A DNA stretch of 36,730 nucleotides, from sequence record DRR378314_1708; one strand, written 5' to 3'. How positions within the stretch are numbered: position 1 is the first letter of the stretch; every line of letters begins with the position of its first letter. This document shows, one piece after another, positions 36,409-36,730 of the stretch. A program made the translations under genes and the position numbers. The notes beneath the pieces are model-generated. The model had not been told where the DNA came from, made no database searches, and saw nothing but the letters and a program-made list of their open reading frames with translations.

Positions 36409-36730
36409 TGAATAATCTCACCGCTATGCTGGCGCAGGGTGCCCACCCCGAGATGACCAAAGCCGTCACAGATCACGCCAAATCCACCCAAACCGCCAAA
36501 GATTTCGAAGCGGTGTTTCTCACCCAATTTGTCGATGAGATGATGAAGACCACCGGCGACACGGCCTTTGGCGGGAAAGATCAGGCCGAGATGTGGCGAT
36601 CTTTCATGTCCGAAGCGGTTGCCAAGCATCTGGTTGAACAGGGCGGTCTGGGTCTGGCCGGCAGTGTCGAAAAAATGATGGACGCCTACACAACATCGGC
36701 AAAGCCCCAGACTTCCGTTGAAAGGTTCGG
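36408..36730 (+). CDS. flgJ: FlgJ-like rod-binding protein, runs off the window end; not in the ORF track
   Basis: ATG overlaps the flgI stop (TGATG). Manual translation MNNLTAMLAQ...AKDFEAVFLTQFVDEMMK...GGKDQAEMWRSFMSEAVAKHLVEQGGLGLA matches the rod-binding domain pattern. Confidence 0.85.
   Translation, partial: MNNLTAMLAQGAHPEMTKAVTDHAKSTQTAKDFEAVFLTQFVDEMMKTTGDTAFGGKDQAEMWRSFMSEAVAKHLVEQGGLGLAGSVEKMMDAYTTSAKPQTSVERF

Noticed and set aside
1-36730. tRNA, rRNA, CRISPR arrays, IS elements, integrases
   Set aside because: None recognised; intergenic gaps are short and no regularly spaced repeats or transposase motifs were seen.

Overview
A gene-dense window from an alphaproteobacterium, most likely Rhodobacteraceae/Roseobacteraceae (inferred from protein style and gene content). 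The left part (1-21.7 kb) holds metabolic and regulatory modules: (i) TAXI-TRAP transporter plus USP, an RpiR regulator, a class III aminotransferase, a beta-keto acid cleavage enzyme and rpiB; (ii) a LytS-type/PAS histidine kinase-MarR-receiver cluster with a divergent DHp-like mini-ORF; (iii) a GST and a secreted caspase-like protein with a divergent secreted partner; (iv) XRE-cupin plus kbl-tdh; (v) a PecS/PecM locus extended with redox and LysE genes. The right part (21.9-36.7 kb) is the start of a flagellar cluster (fliK, flgD, fliL-like, flgH, flgA, flgG, flgF, flgE, flgK, flgL, flgI, flgJ). The most interesting signal is that this cluster appears to carry its own regulatory circuit: a shortened RpoH-like sigma factor, a probably non-phosphorylatable response regulator with Rem/FtcR-like and CtrA-like parts, CtrA-type TTAA-N7-TTAA boxes, and recurring 12-bp-period variants. 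Several operator sites can be read directly from the sequence (PecS, XRE, an orphan LacI-type palindrome). No rRNA, tRNA, CRISPR array or mobile element was recognised. All family assignments come from motif recognition by eye, not database searches.
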